Notes: generated from the sequence alone by a model not told the origin. Shown: positions 43,960-54,311, counted from the stretch's first letter. The stretch is DNA of 64,000 bases from an uncultured Planctomycetia bacterium (GCA_964606485.1 CAZSGP010000001.1:481085-545084), one strand, 5' to 3'. Program-made: numbers and translations.

Positions 43960-44706
43960 GTGGACGGACTTAAAGATAGGGTAGCGATTGTAACGGGTGG
44001 CAGTAGAGGCATAGGTCGCGCGATTGTCAAAGAGCTAGCGTCTAATGGGGTTAAGGTTGCCTTTAACTATTTAAAGAGTAAGGACCTTGCCGAAGGTCTT
44101 GTTGATGAAATCAAAAAGGCGGGCGGAGACGCAGTAACGCTTCAAGGGGATGTTAAAAGCTCCGAGTTTTGCAAGAAATTAGTCGACGAAACTAAGAGTA
44201 AATACGGGCGCATTGATTTTTTGGTTAATAACGCTGGGATCTTAAAGGATAAAACGTTGATGATGATGGCTGACTCAGATTGGAGCGATGTCATCGAGAC
44301 AAATTTAAATTCAATATTTTATTTAACGAGACAGGTGATCGTTAGTTTTTTAAAGCAAAAATCTGGAGTTGTTCTGAATATTTCATCGACGGCAGGAATT
44401 ATGGGAAGCGCTGGGCAATCCAACTACTCGGCGTCCAAAGCAGGGATAATCGGATTTAGTAAAGCCTTGGCGCGCGAGGTGGCGGCTTATGGAGTGCGTG
44501 TGAATGTATTGGCCCCAGGGTTTATTGATACGGAGATGGTTCAAACCATTCATGAAAATAAAAAAAAGGATCTTTTAAATCAGGTCCCCATGAAGCGAAC
44601 AGGCCGCGTCGAAGAAGTGTCTAAGGTTGCAGCATTTCTTCTATCCGATAATGCCAGCTACATAACCGGGCATGTTATTCCGGTGGATGGGGGGCTTGCG
44701 ATATGA
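43960..44706 (+). CDS. fabG: 3-oxoacyl-ACP reductase (SDR family, FabG-like; GTG start)
   Basis: VAIVTGGSRGIGRAI (Rossmann fold), NNAGI and the catalytic YSASKAG motif. Confidence 0.75.
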   Translation: MDGLKDRVAIVTGGSRGIGRAIVKELASNGVKVAFNYLKSKDLAEGLVDEIKKAGGDAVTLQGDVKSSEFCKKLVDETKSKYGRIDFLVNNAGILKDKTLMMMADSDWSDVIETNLNSIFYLTRQVIVSFLKQKSGVVLNISSTAGIMGSAGQSNYSASKAGIIGFSKALAREVAAYGVRVNVLAPGFIDTEMVQTIHENKKKDLLNQVPMKRTGRVEEVSKVAAFLLSDNASYITGHVIPVDGGLAI

Positions 44707-45962
44707 CCTCACACATAAAAGCGAATCAAGACAGAGTTGTTGTTACTGGAATTGGGGTGGTTTCATCCATTGGGATCGGCAAGGATGAGTTCTGGAAAGG
44801 CCTGAAAGAAGGGCGTTCTGGAATAAAGCCAGTGACTCTGTTTGATACATCAACTACGAATTCAAAACTTGCTGGTGAGATCTCAGATTTTAAACCCGAA
44901 CTAATTTTAGGAGAAAAGGGTCTTAGGAATCTGGACAGAACAACAAAGCTTGCTTTGTGTGCGGCCAAGCTGGCTCTTGATGACGGAAAATTTGAGGTGA
45001 GCGACTCGAACTCCGATAATGTGGGTGTAGTTCTCGGGTCAACCATGGGAAGTGTATGGAGTATTAGCGAGTTTGATAAGGAGGCTCTTCGTAACGGACC
45101 CAGGGCCGTAAATCCGGCGCTTTTTCCTAACACGGTCATAAACTCGCCTGCTAGTCAGATATCCATTAGATTTGGTATCAAAGGATTTAATACGACAATC
45201 TCCACTGGTTTTTCATCGGCTTTGGATGCGTTGGATTATGCAAAAAATTTTATTTTATTAGGTAGGGCTAAGGTTGTTTTGGTGGGTGGTGTTGAGGAGC
45301 TATGCGAACAAACGTTCAAAGGGTTTTATAAAACAGGTTTTTTATCCGGCTCAAGGGACGCGACAAGAGAGCTAATGGCTCCTTTTGATAGAAGAAGAAA
45401 TGGCGCGGTCTTAGGAGAAGGCTCTTCGATGTTTATTTTAGAAGAACTTGACCATGCTCGGGACAGGGGCGCAAAGATTTATGGAGAGCTAAAAGGAAGC
45501 AGCTCTTTCTTTAATGGGCGCAGTTATTATCGCTATGATTTAAAAGCGGAGGCCATGAAGCGGGCCATATCGGGGGCTATTGAGGAAGCAGGGATATTGG
45601 CAAATGAGATTGATTATGTTTCATCTTCGGCAAATTCTACTCTAGATGGTGATGTTTCTGAGGTGCGAGCACTCCAAGCTTCGATTAGTGGAAGAAAGAT
45701 CATTGCGAGTTCCATAAAGTCAATGATCGGAGAGAGCTACAGCGCGGGGGCGGCTTTCCAATTAGCATCATCATTTCTTACCCTTCAGGAAAATGTAATA
45801 CCACCGACAATTAATTATGAAGCTGAAGACCGTCGTTGCCAGATCGACTGCGTGCCAAACACCCCCAAAGAACAAGAGGTGAATAATATTTTAGTGTGTA
45901 CCCAGAGTCCAATGGGACAAAATTCTGCCGTTGTTTTGTCGGGAGTGCGAGTAGGGCATTAG
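44703..45962 (+). CDS. Ketosynthase-like protein lacking the catalytic triad (chain-length-factor/KS-beta-like)
   Basis: Thiolase-fold KS sequence in which the active-site Cys is replaced by Phe (TISTGFSSAL where KS has TACSSG). Both catalytic His residues are also replaced (SSSANSTL and KSMIGESYS). Confidence 0.6.
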   Translation: MTSHIKANQDRVVVTGIGVVSSIGIGKDEFWKGLKEGRSGIKPVTLFDTSTTNSKLAGEISDFKPELILGEKGLRNLDRTTKLALCAAKLALDDGKFEVSDSNSDNVGVVLGSTMGSVWSISEFDKEALRNGPRAVNPALFPNTVINSPASQISIRFGIKGFNTTISTGFSSALDALDYAKNFILLGRAKVVLVGGVEELCEQTFKGFYKTGFLSGSRDATRELMAPFDRRRNGAVLGEGSSMFILEELDHARDRGAKIYGELKGSSSFFNGRSYYRYDLKAEAMKRAISGAIEEAGILANEIDYVSSSANSTLDGDVSEVRALQASISGRKIIASSIKSMIGESYSAGAAFQLASSFLTLQENVIPPTINYEAEDRRCQIDCVPNTPKEQEVNNILVCTQSPMGQNSAVVLSGVRVGH

Positions 45963-46028
45963 TAGTGTTTGTTTGATGGTGAAGTAAATTCACTTTAAAT
46001 ATATTAGGGAAGAAAAAAGGGGGATGCT

Positions 46029-46289
46029 ATGAAAGCTGAGAATGGTGAGTTGGAGATTGAGATTAAAAAAATTATTTCAAAAATTATCGAAGTCGATGCC
46101 CACAAAATTACCCCAGAGGCTCATTTTATTGAGGACTTGGGATCTGATTCTATGATGGCATTGGAGATAATGGCGGCCCTAGAAAAGAAATTTGGAATTT
46201 CAATTCCAGAAGATCAGCTAACAAAAATGGCAAATTTAAACCAGGTAACTCAATTGGTGGATTCCCTTTTAGGGGCGGAAAAAAAATAA
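46029..46289 (+). CDS. Acyl carrier protein
   Basis: LGSDSMMALEI contains the phosphopantetheine-attachment Ser. The protein is 86 aa and acidic. Confidence 0.75.
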   Translation: MKAENGELEIEIKKIISKIIEVDAHKITPEAHFIEDLGSDSMMALEIMAALEKKFGISIPEDQLTKMANLNQVTQLVDSLLGAEKK

Positions 46290-46291
46290 AC

Positions 46292-47512
46292 ATGGAGCGT
46301 GTTGTTGTAACTGGGCTAGGAGCTGTTTCCGCCATAGGAATTGGCCGAGAAGATTTTTGGAACAATCTACTCCTTGGCAAAAGCGGTCTTAGCGAGATAA
46401 CTTCGTTTGAGACGCAAGGTTTGAGGAATCGAATTGCCGCAGAAATCAGAGGCTTTTCCTCGAGTGATTACGTGGTCTCGGACACTTTGCGGAATTGCGG
46501 GAAAGCTTCGCAGTATGCAACTGTTGCGGCAAACATGGCCTTACAAGACAGCGGAAAACGCCTTTACGATAACGGTGATAGCGTATTTGAGGCCGATGTT
46601 GTGGTGGGTACCACCATGGGCGAAATTCAAGCGCTTGAAAATGCGGATGCTGAGTGGGTGCAGCGCGGCGAAGATGGTGTTCTCGCTAGGCTCGCTTCTC
46701 AATATCCGAGTAACAATATTGCGATAAATGTTTCCAGAGAACTTAATATTACGGGTCATTCAATTGTTATTCCAACGGCTTGCGCCGCAGGCAACTATGC
46801 AATCGGCCATGGCTACGATTTGATAAAGTCCGGAAGATCTTCGAAGGTGCTTGCGGGAGGAGCTGAGTCTTTTTCTAGGATTGCTTATACAGGATTTAGC
46901 AGAATGCTGGCAATGGCTGAGACTAGATGCTCCCCCTTTGATAAAAATAGGAGAGGTATGATATTGGGCGAGGGAGCTGGTTTTTTGGTTTTAGAGTCTT
47001 TAACCAACGCGCAACAAAGAAATGCCCATATATATGCGGAAGTACTTGGTTATGGGTTAAGTTGCGATGCTACTCATATGACAATTCCTGATAGGGATGG
47101 CATTGTTAAGGCCATTACAAAAGCGGTTAGAGAGTCGGGCATCTCGTTGGAAGAAGTTGATTATATATGCGCACATGGGACCGGAACACCAGCAAATGAC
47201 GAAGCCGAATGTGCCGCTATTATGCGAATTTTTGGCGAGAGGGCTAAGAATATTCCCACGAGTTCAATAAAATCAATGATTGGCCATTCGATGGGTGCCG
47301 CTAGCGCTTTAGAGGCGATAGCATGCTGTATGGCCGTCCATGACGACAAAATCCCTCCGACAATTAATTTTACGGATCGTGATGATAAATGCAATATCGA
47401 TTGCGTACCCAACGAATACAGACAAAAAAGGGTGGGAGTTGCCCTCAATAATTCGTTTGCTTTTGGTGGTAATAATTCGTGCGTGGCTTTTGGTAAGATG
47501 AAAAACTTGTGA
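46292..47512 (+). CDS. Beta-ketoacyl-ACP synthase (active KS; FabF/KS-alpha-like)
   Basis: Active-site Cys in VIPTACAAGNYAIG; His residues in CAHGTGTPANDEAE and SIKSMIGHSMGAAS. Confidence 0.75.
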   Translation: MERVVVTGLGAVSAIGIGREDFWNNLLLGKSGLSEITSFETQGLRNRIAAEIRGFSSSDYVVSDTLRNCGKASQYATVAANMALQDSGKRLYDNGDSVFEADVVVGTTMGEIQALENADAEWVQRGEDGVLARLASQYPSNNIAINVSRELNITGHSIVIPTACAAGNYAIGHGYDLIKSGRSSKVLAGGAESFSRIAYTGFSRMLAMAETRCSPFDKNRRGMILGEGAGFLVLESLTNAQQRNAHIYAEVLGYGLSCDATHMTIPDRDGIVKAITKAVRESGISLEEVDYICAHGTGTPANDEAECAAIMRIFGERAKNIPTSSIKSMIGHSMGAASALEAIACCMAVHDDKIPPTINFTDRDDKCNIDCVPNEYRQKRVGVALNNSFAFGGNNSCVAFGKMKNL

Positions 47513-47519
47513 GTGTCGA

Positions 47520-49001
47520 ATGAATTCAAATTCATACGATGTTGCAATTATTGGAGCTGGTATTTCTGGGTTGGTAGCAGGAAATTACTTGGCTCAAGCT
47601 GGTCTAAAAGTATTTATTGCCGAACAGCACTATGCTGTTGGTGGATGCTGCTCTTTTTTTAAAAGAAAGGGTTTTACTTTTGAATGCGGAGCACATTCTC
47701 TCGGAAGTTGCCGTAAACCAGATGGGCGCATTTACCAGATTTTTAGAGAACTAGGCATCTACGATATTTTAGATATAAAACGCGCCGACTGTTCGGATAC
47801 GATTGTTACCAAAGCTCGAACGATTAATTTTTTAAATGGTGTCAATCAAATGGCCGAAACCCTGTCTCAGGAGTTTGAGAACTATAGGACCAATATTTAT
47901 GATTTTTTTAAGGAAATCGATGGGCTTAATTCACAATCATTTACGAAATATTACGTCCAATATGAAAAAATATCGTTTGATCAATTTCTTTCTAAGTTTT
48001 TTAAACAAAAAGATATAAAAGAAATTCTCAGCATTTTTTTGGGAAATTTAGGAGTAGCATCAGATGAAATTAGCGCAATCACCGCGTTAACGTTGTATAA
48101 AGAATATTTATTAGATGGCGGCTATTATGTTCCAAAAGGTGGTATGCAAAGACTGGGCGATGTTTTGAGAGAAAATTTTAAAAAAAATGGCGGGACGATT
48201 TCGCTTAGGGATAAAGTTGTTAAAATTCATGTTGAAAACGAGGCTGTGACAGGAATTGAAACTGAAAAAAAAGGTTTTTGCACCGCGAGCTATGTTATAT
48301 CAACCGCGGGCATTAAACAGACATTTTTTCAATTAATAGATCGCAAGTGGCTGCCTGACAACTTTTGCCTTAAAGCGAATAATTTAAAACCCTCCGTATC
48401 TGCGCTAATCCTTTATTTAGGGCTTAAAGGATCGACCATTAAGGAAAAGGCGTGGGGTAGAACGGTCTGGTATGTGCCTAATTTAAATGCCAATGATATA
48501 TATCGCAAAACGCTAAATGGTGATTGTGACGAAGAGATAGAAGTGGCTGTTATTGGGCTCCCCTCAAACTATGATGAAACCTTGGATCCGCCTGGGCATG
48601 AGAGTCTTAGGTGTATCGTAATGGCACCATTTAAAAATGAGGAGTTTTGGAGTAAAAATAAAACCAAATACAAAGAGATTATTATAAATCGATTGTCTGA
48701 AATTATTCCCGATTTAAGGGAGCGGATTGTTGTTAGCGAGCTGGCGAGCCCAAGTACTATGAGAAGATATACGCTAAACGATGACGGTGCAATATATGGG
48801 CTGGCATCAAGACGAGACCAAGTGGACTATGCTTGCATGCCTCAAAAAACTCCAGTAAAAAATTTATTCTTATCTAGTCATTGGGCAACAATTGGAGTAG
48901 GGCAGGGCGGAACTCCGATGGCAGCATTTGCTGGGCGGCAAGTCGCTAGATTGATTGAAGCAAAAAAAACAAATAAGAAAGATGTTGCATGGGCGGTTTA
49001 A
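47520..49001 (+). CDS. FAD-dependent oxidoreductase, phytoene desaturase (CrtI/CrtD) family
   Basis: N-terminal YDVAIIGAGISGLVAGNYLAQAGLKVFIAEQHYAVGG dinucleotide-binding motif; family-typical size of 493 aa. Confidence 0.65.
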   Translation: MNSNSYDVAIIGAGISGLVAGNYLAQAGLKVFIAEQHYAVGGCCSFFKRKGFTFECGAHSLGSCRKPDGRIYQIFRELGIYDILDIKRADCSDTIVTKARTINFLNGVNQMAETLSQEFENYRTNIYDFFKEIDGLNSQSFTKYYVQYEKISFDQFLSKFFKQKDIKEILSIFLGNLGVASDEISAITALTLYKEYLLDGGYYVPKGGMQRLGDVLRENFKKNGGTISLRDKVVKIHVENEAVTGIETEKKGFCTASYVISTAGIKQTFFQLIDRKWLPDNFCLKANNLKPSVSALILYLGLKGSTIKEKAWGRTVWYVPNLNANDIYRKTLNGDCDEEIEVAVIGLPSNYDETLDPPGHESLRCIVMAPFKNEEFWSKNKTKYKEIIINRLSEIIPDLRERIVVSELASPSTMRRYTLNDDGAIYGLASRRDQVDYACMPQKTPVKNLFLSSHWATIGVGQGGTPMAAFAGRQVARLIEAKKTNKKDVAWAV

Positions 49002-50446
49002 GCGAGGAGTATGATGCAGTAATTATTGGTGCCGGGATAGGAGGTTTAACCGCTGGTTGTTATTTGGCAAAGGCGGGTCTTAACGTTGCGATTATAGAGA
49101 GACACTCAAAGGTCGGGGGTTATTGCGGCTCATTTCCTAAAGAGGGCTTTATATTTGACGAAGCCGTTCATTACGTTAATCATATGAGCCAATCGGGTAT
49201 GTTGAGGAAAATTCTCGAAGATCTCGAAATTTTAAATTCCACCAAAATAGTTTCGATAGATCCATCAGATGTGTTGTATATGCCCGATTTCGAGATCAGA
49301 ATTTATCACGATACATTAAAAACAGTAGAAGAGTTGGCAAGAATTTTTCCCGACGAGAAAAAAGCCATAAGAGAATTTTTTGAGATTATCGTTAATTTTA
49401 ATTTTTCAAAACTCAGTGAAAAATATAGAGACCATTCTTTTCAGGACATCTTAGACGAACTCTTTGTTTCGTATAAGCTAAAAACTTCTTTGGCTGTTTT
49501 TGCAACGATTCTTGGATTGCCCCCAACAGATTTGTCAGGCCTTGCCGCCTTAGCCTATTACAAGGGCTCTATTTTGGATGGAGGACATCATCCTATTGGT
49601 GGGGCGCAAGTATTTTCAAATGCATTTAGTAGTAATTTTATAAAATTGGGAGGGACTTTTTTTCTAAATAAAAAAGTCGAAAAAATTCTAATCGAAAATA
49701 AATGTGCTAAGGGCATCGTGTTGGATAATGGGCAAATTATTCGATCCAAGTATGTTATTGCTAATTGTGACGCGTCACAACTTTATTCCAAGCTAATTGA
49801 TGAATCGTTTTTGGAAAGAGGATTTATTAATAAAATTGAGAACTTAACTCCAAGCACGTCAAATTTTATAGTTTATTTAGGTCTGAACAAATCGCTTAAA
49901 AATATGGTGCCGGTTTGCAGCAATTTATGGCGATTTCCTTATTATCGTTTTAACGAGGGTAGTGTTGATATTACTAAGGACAGCAGAGATGATGGCTTTG
50001 TTCACATTGCGTTATCCTCTCTGCATGACCGAAGCATGGCTCCGGAAGGGTGTGAATCGATCATGTTGTTTGCTGCCGCTTCTTTTAAGGATGAAGAATA
50101 TTGGGCCAAAAATAAAGAAAGATTTATGGACGTTATGATTAAGCGAGCTGAAAAAGTTATACCAGGGCTATCGAAGTGGATTAAAATAAAACTACCAGGA
50201 ACACCGCAAACTTTATACAGATACACTTTAAATCGGGCCGGCTCTTATAGGGGCTGGGAAATTACGCCAAACCAAACTAAAGCGACTTTAGTTAATCAAT
50301 ATACGCCACTTGAAAATCTTTATTTAGCCGGACATTGGATAACTACACCAGTTGGGAATGGTGGCGTCTCGATGGTGGCGAACTCAGGTAAGATGGCCGC
50401 TAAAGCAATTATTAGAAGTTATAACGATGTGATAACGTCAAAATGA
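48989..50446 (+). CDS. Second FAD-dependent oxidoreductase of the phytoene desaturase family
   Basis: YDAVIIGAGIGGLTAGCYLAKAGLNVAIIERHSKVGG. It is a paralog of the preceding gene, and the two overlap by 13 nt. Confidence 0.65.
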   Translation: MGGLSEEYDAVIIGAGIGGLTAGCYLAKAGLNVAIIERHSKVGGYCGSFPKEGFIFDEAVHYVNHMSQSGMLRKILEDLEILNSTKIVSIDPSDVLYMPDFEIRIYHDTLKTVEELARIFPDEKKAIREFFEIIVNFNFSKLSEKYRDHSFQDILDELFVSYKLKTSLAVFATILGLPPTDLSGLAALAYYKGSILDGGHHPIGGAQVFSNAFSSNFIKLGGTFFLNKKVEKILIENKCAKGIVLDNGQIIRSKYVIANCDASQLYSKLIDESFLERGFINKIENLTPSTSNFIVYLGLNKSLKNMVPVCSNLWRFPYYRFNEGSVDITKDSRDDGFVHIALSSLHDRSMAPEGCESIMLFAAASFKDEEYWAKNKERFMDVMIKRAEKVIPGLSKWIKIKLPGTPQTLYRYTLNRAGSYRGWEITPNQTKATLVNQYTPLENLYLAGHWITTPVGNGGVSMVANSGKMAAKAIIRSYNDVITSK

Positions 50447-52131
50447 TCAAGACACATAATTTGGTTCGCAATATCAGAAGCACCTTGATTCGATATAAGA
50501 ATCGTCAGGGGGATGAAATTATTGCATTCGTAGATTCGAGAGAGAAGGCTGATAGGGCTGGAAGCAGATGGGTCGTAATAGCCCCAGGTTACGCAGAAAC
50601 CAAAAAAGATTATCTTTCTTTGTCTTACTACCTGGTTGCAAATGGGTTTGTGGTCATTAGATTTGATTGGACCCATCATCTGGGTGAAAGCGAAGGTGAT
50701 ATGGCCGAGGCAAGTTTATTGAAAATGCGTAGCGATCTCGAAGCCACTATTAGTTATGTGAGTGATGTTTTTTCGCCTTCTAAAATTGGTCTTGTGACTA
50801 GCAGCTTGGCAACTAGAGTGGGGCTAAAGTTAGTAGCGGAAGACAAGCGAGTTAGTCTAATTATTGGGCTGGTTGGTGTTGTAGATCTTCAATCTACCTT
50901 GAGTTCGGTCTACTCCGAAGACCTTATAGCTAGATATCAAAGTGGTCATCGTTGGGGAAAGATAGATATTTTGGGACATGAACTAAGTGATAACTTTCTT
51001 GGTGTTGCAATTGAGGGGGGCTTCCACGACTTTAGAACGACCCAGGAAGACGTTCGATTGATTGATGTACCAATTGTCTTTTTTATGGCCGAAAAGGATG
51101 TATGGGTGCGAAGAAAACAAGCTGAACAATTAGTTCGAATATCTAAAAATCCTCAGAGCACGGTTAGCGTAATTCCAGCAGCAATGCATCATGTTGAAGA
51201 AAACCCTCGTTCGGCGCAAGCGTTGATTTATGGGGTTGTAAAAGCCTGCACAAAACATCTAAAAAAGGAAAATACAAAGCGCCCTGAAAAAGGACCAAAG
51301 AAACCATCTATTCGCGACATAGTCATTCAAAATCGATTGGAGTTTGCGCGGATTAAAGGACTCTCTCACATCACAAAAGAAGGGGAGAAGTCTTTCTGGA
51401 ATGATTATCTCTCTCTTTTCGGAATAATTTTTAGATCGGATGATTATAAGGGGCTGCTTAAAGATATCCAGGAATTTATGGGGCCTCTCAAACGCAATAT
51501 TAAGATTCTTGATGCTGGTTGTGGAAACGGACATTTTGGTATGTGGCTTCTATCAAAAATTGGCAGTTGTGACGACGGTGATAAAAACTTATTAGCTGGC
51601 GCGAAGTATGTCGGATTGGATTTTGTAAGTGAGGCGGTTGAGCAGGCGCGCCTGCGACATTCAGAAATGATTCGAATGATTAAAGGAAAGCACCGCTCTA
51701 AAGCAATGGATTGCTCGTACGTGATAGCGGATCTAGAAGGCCGGATTCCTTTGAGTGATTCTTATTTTGATAGGATATGCTGCAATCTAGTTGTATCGTA
51801 CCTCCGAGATCCTCGTGCAGCTATGCGGGAATTGTTCAGACTTACGAAAACTGGAGGCAAAATAGTTGTTAGTTCCCTGAAGCCGCATTGTGATTTCTCT
51901 ATTGTTTACCGAAATTTTATTGAGATTGCTGGTAACCAAGAAGAAATTATGGAAGCAAGAAAGCTACTTAGCCAAACCGGAAAGATCAGGCAAAAAGAGA
52001 GCGAGGGGCATTATCGCTTTTTCTCAGAAAAAGAATTGACTGATCTCTTAGAATGCTCGGGATTTTCATTGCACAGCGTTCGCAGGACATTAGGTGATCA
52101 AGCGAATATTGCTGTAGCGATCAAGAATTAG
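50443..52131 (+). CDS. Fusion protein: LuxD-like acyltransferase/thioesterase (alpha/beta-hydrolase) N-domain plus class I SAM-dependent methyltransferase C-domain
   Basis: IGLVTSSLATRVG resembles the LuxD nucleophile segment GLIAASLSARVA. Methyltransferase motif I ILDAGCGNGHFG at nt ~51504-51540. Confidence 0.45.
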   Translation: MIKTHNLVRNIRSTLIRYKNRQGDEIIAFVDSREKADRAGSRWVVIAPGYAETKKDYLSLSYYLVANGFVVIRFDWTHHLGESEGDMAEASLLKMRSDLEATISYVSDVFSPSKIGLVTSSLATRVGLKLVAEDKRVSLIIGLVGVVDLQSTLSSVYSEDLIARYQSGHRWGKIDILGHELSDNFLGVAIEGGFHDFRTTQEDVRLIDVPIVFFMAEKDVWVRRKQAEQLVRISKNPQSTVSVIPAAMHHVEENPRSAQALIYGVVKACTKHLKKENTKRPEKGPKKPSIRDIVIQNRLEFARIKGLSHITKEGEKSFWNDYLSLFGIIFRSDDYKGLLKDIQEFMGPLKRNIKILDAGCGNGHFGMWLLSKIGSCDDGDKNLLAGAKYVGLDFVSEAVEQARLRHSEMIRMIKGKHRSKAMDCSYVIADLEGRIPLSDSYFDRICCNLVVSYLRDPRAAMRELFRLTKTGGKIVVSSLKPHCDFSIVYRNFIEIAGNQEEIMEARKLLSQTGKIRQKESEGHYRFFSEKELTDLLECSGFSLHSVRRTLGDQANIAVAIKN

Positions 52132-52147
52132 AGGGTATGGAATAATT

Positions 52148-54295
52148 ATGGCACTGTGGTTATTTAGAATTATAACTTTGAGCGTGGCCGGAAGTTTTCT
52201 GGGCCTAGGGATATTTGTGTACTTGAAAAACCCCCAATCCAAACTTAGTCAAAGTTTTTTTGTTTTTAATACATTTATCTCACTCTGGAGTTTTGGTTTC
52301 TTTCTGACCCTATTTCCTCAGCTACCCAACGGTTTTATCCTGTGGGCGAGCAGGGCATCGCATCTTTGTGGAGGCTTGACAGCAGTACTTTTTCTAAGAT
52401 TTGTTGTCTTTTTTTTGGGATTAGATCCAAAGAAGCTACGCGATCCTATTCTGGGCATTCTTGTGATAGGGGCGACGATTAGCTGTGTCTCACCGTGGAT
52501 GATTCCAAGCCTAAGGGCAAAACTTTTTTTCCCAGCTTATCCCGATCCAGGGCCTCTCTACCCCGTTTTTTTGGCTAACTACTTCTATGGGTATATAAGG
52601 GGTTTCTATTTTTTATTTTATGCCTATAGGAATCAAGAAAGAGACTTGCAGCAACAAATGCAGGCCGTACTAACGCTCTCCGCAGTATTAATAGGCTGGC
52701 TGAGCATAGCTACTTTATTCTTGCCTATCTATAACATCGAATTCACTCCATTGCTTGGCTTCTTACCGATATTCGCAGTTGTATTTGTATACGCAATAAT
52801 TAAATACCGATTTCTTGATGTAGAAGTCATTGTTAAAAGGACACTGGTGTTTGCTGGGTTGGCGGCATCGGTTATGGTGGTGGTGTCGCTCATAACGTTT
52901 GTCTCACAGGATCTACTGGTGCGGTTTGTGACAGTCCCGCGATGGTTGGCTAATGTGGTTGCTGCGGGGGTCATTGCTACGACATATGGGCCGCTTCGAA
53001 ATTGGCTAGTCAATGTGACGGATAACTATCTCTTTCAGAAAAAGTATGATTACCGGGTTTTGCTCAAAACATTCACCAACGAGACGCTGACGGTGTTGGA
53101 TTTGCAGAAGCTCATGGACCAGACGGTGGCGGGGCTTGTGAGAATCATTAAGCTTGAGGCCGCGAGCATATTTTTATTCAATAAAGATAAAAAACTTTAT
53201 GAACTTTTAGCGGCACAGGGAGTTAAAGAAAAAATTCCAACCCTAGCGCAGGATAGCGTGATTATTTCTATGCTCAAGGCGTCGAGCCAGCACATTTTAA
53301 AAGACAAGAACGCCGACAAAATGGAACACGGAGAGCTGCACGTGGCGTTTAAACAGCTGAACGCTCAACTTTGTTTGCCGATTGAGCTGCATGATGAGCT
53401 GATCGGCATTTTGTGTCTTGGCATGAAAAAGTCAGGCGAAGAATACACGCAGGAAGACATCGACATCTTAACGACGCTGGCGCGCACGGAGGCGATTGCC
53501 ATTTCCAATGCGCGGCTTTTCGTCGAACTTTCACAGACGCAGGCTGAGGCGGCTCAGCGCGAAAAAATGGCGGTGATCGGGACGCTGGCGGCGGGAATCA
53601 ACCACGAAATTTGCAATCCGCTGGGGATTGTGCGCGGGCAGTGCGAAATGTTTCTTTTGAATCATCGCGACGGGTTTTATAGAGAGAAGAATGTGGACGA
53701 AGTGTTGCTAATTTCTTCTGAAATCATGAATAAGGTCATTAAAGAGACGGACCGCGCGACGGCGATCACCAAAAAGCTGTCGAGTTTTGCCAAGCCTTCC
53801 AAGCGGAATGAATTTGAAGAAGTGCAGGTCAACAAAGAGGTGGACGAGGTGCTGAGCCTCGTTGGGCACGATCTGTCGCTCAACAACATTAAAGTCGAAA
53901 AGCGTTTCCCTGAAAACTTCCCGGCTATTTTGGCCGACAAAAAGCAAGTTGAAGAAGTTTTGTTTAATATCATCCGCAACGCCGCTCAGGCGATGGACAA
54001 AAAAGACGGGAAAATTATTGTCTCGGGCTTGACGCGCGGGACAGACGCGGTGATTCAGATTGCGGACAACGGATCGGGCATACCCGAAGATAAAATTGCG
54101 CAGATTTTTAATCCATTTTATACCACCAAGGCGCCGGGCAAGGGAACGGGGCTTGGACTTTTTATTGTGAAACAGGTGGTGGAGCGAAACAAAGGAACCA
54201 TTATGGTGGAAAGTCAGGCGGGTCTGGGGACGACATTCACCATCACGTTTCCGGTGCATGTGAAAGAATTAGAAAGAAGCGTCATCCCCGCGTAG
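52148..54295 (+). CDS. Sensor histidine kinase with an N-terminal 7-TM region and a GAF-like middle domain
   Basis: Seven hydrophobic helices in the first 290 aa. H-box LAAGINHEICNPLG. HATPase motifs IADNGSGIPE and GTGLGLFIVKQ. Confidence 0.8.
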   Translation: MALWLFRIITLSVAGSFLGLGIFVYLKNPQSKLSQSFFVFNTFISLWSFGFFLTLFPQLPNGFILWASRASHLCGGLTAVLFLRFVVFFLGLDPKKLRDPILGILVIGATISCVSPWMIPSLRAKLFFPAYPDPGPLYPVFLANYFYGYIRGFYFLFYAYRNQERDLQQQMQAVLTLSAVLIGWLSIATLFLPIYNIEFTPLLGFLPIFAVVFVYAIIKYRFLDVEVIVKRTLVFAGLAASVMVVVSLITFVSQDLLVRFVTVPRWLANVVAAGVIATTYGPLRNWLVNVTDNYLFQKKYDYRVLLKTFTNETLTVLDLQKLMDQTVAGLVRIIKLEAASIFLFNKDKKLYELLAAQGVKEKIPTLAQDSVIISMLKASSQHILKDKNADKMEHGELHVAFKQLNAQLCLPIELHDELIGILCLGMKKSGEEYTQEDIDILTTLARTEAIAISNARLFVELSQTQAEAAQREKMAVIGTLAAGINHEICNPLGIVRGQCEMFLLNHRDGFYREKNVDEVLLISSEIMNKVIKETDRATAITKKLSSFAKPSKRNEFEEVQVNKEVDEVLSLVGHDLSLNNIKVEKRFPENFPAILADKKQVEEVLFNIIRNAAQAMDKKDGKIIVSGLTRGTDAVIQIADNGSGIPEDKIAQIFNPFYTTKAPGKGTGLGLFIVKQVVERNKGTIMVESQAGLGTTFTITFPVHVKELERSVIPA

Positions 54296-54311
54296 GCGGG
54301 GATCTAGTATA

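Noticed and set aside
54284-54303. Hairpins ATCCCCGC/GCGGGGAT (54284-54303), AATTAAGC/GCTTAATT (56626-56644) and TGACAGAG/CTCTGTCA (16887-16912)
   Set aside because: These are perfect short stems but lack a following U-tract. They are not convincing intrinsic terminators and may be structural or incidental.
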